Shown: in pieces, positions 61,401 to 64,000 of the stretch | Position numbering within the stretch: the first letter of the stretch is position 1 | Layout: each line of letters starts with the position of its first letter | DNA from: Tubiluchus corallicola | Taxonomy: Eukaryota; Animalia; Priapulida | NCBI GenBank assembly: GCA_030141605.1 | Contig: JAQGDQ010000120.1 | Span: forward strand, 496,001-560,000 | Length of the DNA stretch: 64,000 bases | Direction of reading: 5' to 3' | Position numbers and translations under genes: made by a program | Notes under the pieces: model-generated | The model's input: the letters and a program-made list of their open reading frames with translations, nothing else | The model's database searches: none | What the model was told of the DNA's origin: nothing

Positions 61401-63264
61401 TAAAAATAAAAAACACTCTAGAGACCGAAAAGCAATCATTAACCGTTGCAAATTTAAGAAAACTATAAATTTGTCGAAATTTACTTCCTTGAATTTGCTT
61501 GTGTATGTTTAACTGCCTTACCTGTTGGATGCCAAGCCAATCAGCAAGATCTCGGGCATTAGCCAATGCAGTAGACAGCCCAACAATGCGTACTTTTTGT
61601 CCCGTGTGAGAGGAAATAAAATTAGTCCTAGAGACAATGACCTCTAATATAGGACCTCTATCAGCACCAAGTAAATGAATCTCATCTATTACTAACAAAA
61701 GGACTGACTTTACATAGTTACGGGTCTGCCAGCTGCGACTAATGCCATCCCACTTCTCCGGGGTTGTCACAATAACATCTGCGGAAGCGATGGCGTGGGA
61801 ATCGGGTGTCACATCTCCCGTTAATTCCACAACTTTCTTGTACAGGGTACGCTCAAATCGGATTTTCCAGTCATCGATGCGCTCCCGGACAATAGCTTTC
61901 AAGGGAGCAATGTACACAGCTTTAGCCTTCGGGTAATTGCGAAAAACGCGAAAGATGGCGAGCTCAGCACCAACTGTTTTACCAGATCCTGTTGGCGCTC
62001 CAACCAACACATTGTTGTCAGTATGATACAGGCAATGGAATATCTAAAAAAACAAAGAATATAGCTCAGTTATAATGTCTTCTCGAGTACCATTTTTATA
62101 TAAATGTGAAAAGTAAACAGTCTAAATGAAGAAGCATACAAGCAAATAAACATGCAAACAGGCCAGTAAATGAACAAACAAGCCCAACAACAAACAAATG
62201 AAACAAACAAACATCAGCCATCATGTATTTTTATCCCTAAACATTTAGCCTAATGCCACACATCTTTAGCTCAGTCATTTAACACTTAACTAATAAAACA
62301 CCATAACACTTAGACATTTCATTCACTCAGTAAAGTTTCCATACCAAAAAATAACGATAATTCACAAAGCAACACTAGTACTGTTAGACAATGACCTCAA
62401 ATTAATGGAAAGAATAAGACTGACGACATTTCGAAAATGTAAAAGTTTACCAATAATACCAGGCAAGTTTCACTTACTACAATTATGCAAGTGAATAATT
62501 CATATTACCAAACAAATGCACACTTGGCAATAATTTTTCTTTTTCTTTTTTGTCTGTGCACACACCTACATTACCTGAGTTTGGATAGGATTGAAATGAG
62601 AATACTTGTACAAAACTTCTAGCAAGGGATCATTCAGTGCAGAAACCGGCAAAGGTGTCAAATCCAGCAATTCTAAAAACAGTTTAACTAGATGTTGGTG
62701 CTTGGAGCAAAAACTGCATCAACAATCTACAGATTAATTTTTTAACTGCATACATTACTTCTTCAAAAGATTTACAGTAAGGATTTAAGCAGACATATTC
62801 AATCATCTTATCCAGAGGGTTGTCTTAGCTGGCTGTGACATCTTGAATCACTCCTCATAATAGTCATTAATGGCCCAGCAACAACGAAATGGGCATGCTG
62901 CCCTAGGTCAGAACTTAGGCAAATTTTTTTAGCAATTCATAGGTAAATACCTTCAAAAGTGTTGGCATTCTATGCCAAACACGAATAATTTTATAGTTTA
63001 TATATAATCATTATTCATTCTGCTTGACATCCTTTAGGTGCTGTATCCAGTTACTATAAATGTTGCAACAATTTTGCCATTCAATGTTCGTTTACCTGTA
63101 TGTGGAGGATGGCGCTCAGGAAGAATCAGGTGCTGGAAAGAAATCGGCTCAACAGACTCCGAACCTAGCCATCTGTCACTAATTGCACGAATGTAGTACT
63201 GAGATGGCAGTGGTTCAAAAATTGGAATAGTAAACGTTAGAAACTGTGGTTCCTGCTTCACAAC
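55116..63264 (-). CDS. ASCC3: Activating signal cointegrator 1 complex subunit 3 (Ski2-like helicase), 5'-truncated by window edge; complement(join(55116..55481,55869..56063,56583..56697,57366..57517,58369..58840,59584..59709,60498..60889,61091..61354,61522..62043,62575..62672,63096..63264))
   Basis: Second helicase cassette ([53 protein letters not shown]) and Sec63 domains ([29 protein letters not shown]). [10 protein letters not shown] and [11 protein letters not shown] favour ASCC3 over SNRNP200. Intron phases are consistent. Confidence 0.96.
55869..56063 (-). CDS. ASCC3: ASCC3 exon ([13 protein letters not shown]...[17 protein letters not shown])
   Basis: 195 nt, [10 protein letters not shown] motif. 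Confidence 0.9.
56583..56697 (-). CDS. ASCC3: ASCC3 exon ([13 protein letters not shown]...NQIDQ)
   Basis: 115 nt, phase 2/0. Confidence 0.85.
57366..57517 (-). CDS. ASCC3: ASCC3 exon ([12 protein letters not shown]...HLNCFR)
   Basis: 152 nt. Confidence 0.93.
58369..58840 (-). CDS. ASCC3: ASCC3 exon (SYYNLED...DQAIRILQ)
   Basis: 472 nt, start of the second Sec63 domain. Confidence 0.95.
59584..59709 (-). CDS. ASCC3: ASCC3 exon ([14 protein letters not shown]...LLVNP)
   Basis: 126 nt, phase 2/2. Confidence 0.94.
60498..60889 (-). CDS. ASCC3: ASCC3 exon (MEQVTHG...HHAGL...EPFPVES)
   Basis: 392 nt, helicase C-terminal motifs. Confidence 0.95.
61091..61354 (-). CDS. ASCC3: ASCC3 exon ([15 protein letters not shown]...MPDQE)
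   Basis: 264 nt, phase 0/0. Confidence 0.95.
61522..62043 (-). CDS. ASCC3: ASCC3 exon (IFHCLYHTD...GAPTGSGKT...DEIH...WLGIQQ)
   Basis: 522 nt, Walker A and B. Confidence 0.96.
62575..62672 (-). CDS. ASCC3: ASCC3 exon ([13 protein letters not shown]...HFNPIQTQ)
   Basis: 98 nt, Q motif. Confidence 0.93.
63096..63264 (-). CDS. ASCC3: ASCC3 exon (VVKQEPQ...ERHPPHT)
   Basis: End of the first Sec63 domain; AG/GT boundaries. Confidence 0.93.
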
Positions 63265-64000
63265 CTAAATATATAAAACCCATAGAAATGATCAAGTAAA
63301 TCAGCTTTGGTAATAAAAAGTTGCATTGTCAAGCCATGTGTCCAGTCATCTAATTTCAAGCTACTAGTTTTGTTGTGAATTTTAAGAAAAACACAAACAC
63401 AGAGTAGTAGGTTATTTTGGATCAGAAACAGTTGGTAAAAGAAGCACAATAAGCACATGCTAGGAAGTCAGTACTATAAGAGCAAAATTATAATGCTGCC
63501 CAACAAAAGCGATGAGCTTTTCCTCTGGCACCATTATATACATGCTTTTTTGCTCTTAACAAGTGCCAGCAATTTATGATAATCTACCATGTTAATAGAC
63601 CTTCCACACACTGTATCACTTTATTTTAACACAATTTTCTTCCATTTTTCCTTTAAATTTGACAAGCAGACTTTGCAGTTTGCAGTGCCAGTTACTTCAA
63701 ATAAGTTCATTGTTCATTAGCTACAGCTATATAAGTACTGTTTTTAGGTGATTGTCTATTTAACGAAATTCAGATCAGTGCCAGCAAACCACTTTCAGTA
63801 TCCAGTTTAAGTAACCTGGAAACTCTACCTGACAGGGGTTGTAAAAGAAAAGAAGCAGTTACACCGTGCTCAGGCATGATAATTACAACATTTATTTATC
63901 GGATAGCACACCTACTAGCATGCTTATAAAATACCACTGATCAAATGCATATCGTACGATTTTCATTAGCTGTTATGAAACACATGCATACAAACTAAAG

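Overview
AT-rich animal genomic DNA, probably from a lophotrochozoan protostome judging by the miR-277/miR-317 types. Four spliced protein-coding genes were reconstructed by hand with GT-AG introns and consistent frames. They are the 3' part of DYRK1A/minibrain (+, 452-5179), a complete TMEM192 (-, 6 exons, 271 aa), a complete POLR2H/RPB8 (-, 4 coding exons, 150 aa, spread over 30 kb and absent from the ORF track), and the 3' part of the ASCC3 helicase (-, 11 exons in the window). The main hidden content is non-coding. The last 13.8-kb POLR2H intron hosts the miR-317/miR-277/miR-34 cluster on the host strand. Its miR-317 is unusually diverged (3-nt deletion just after the seed), and there is one further miRNA-like hairpin. 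POLR2H intron 2 carries a compact RFX X-box/CCAAT/forkhead/GC-box module that could be a ciliated-cell internal promoter for the cluster (inference). Intron 1 contains a near-perfect 139-bp inverted duplication and TTAA-flanked Kolobok-like elements. A pair of inverted, degenerate minimal-hammerhead (Penelope-like) motifs lies between TMEM192 and POLR2H. All identifications come from reading the sequence and recalled family knowledge; no searches or folding programs were run.
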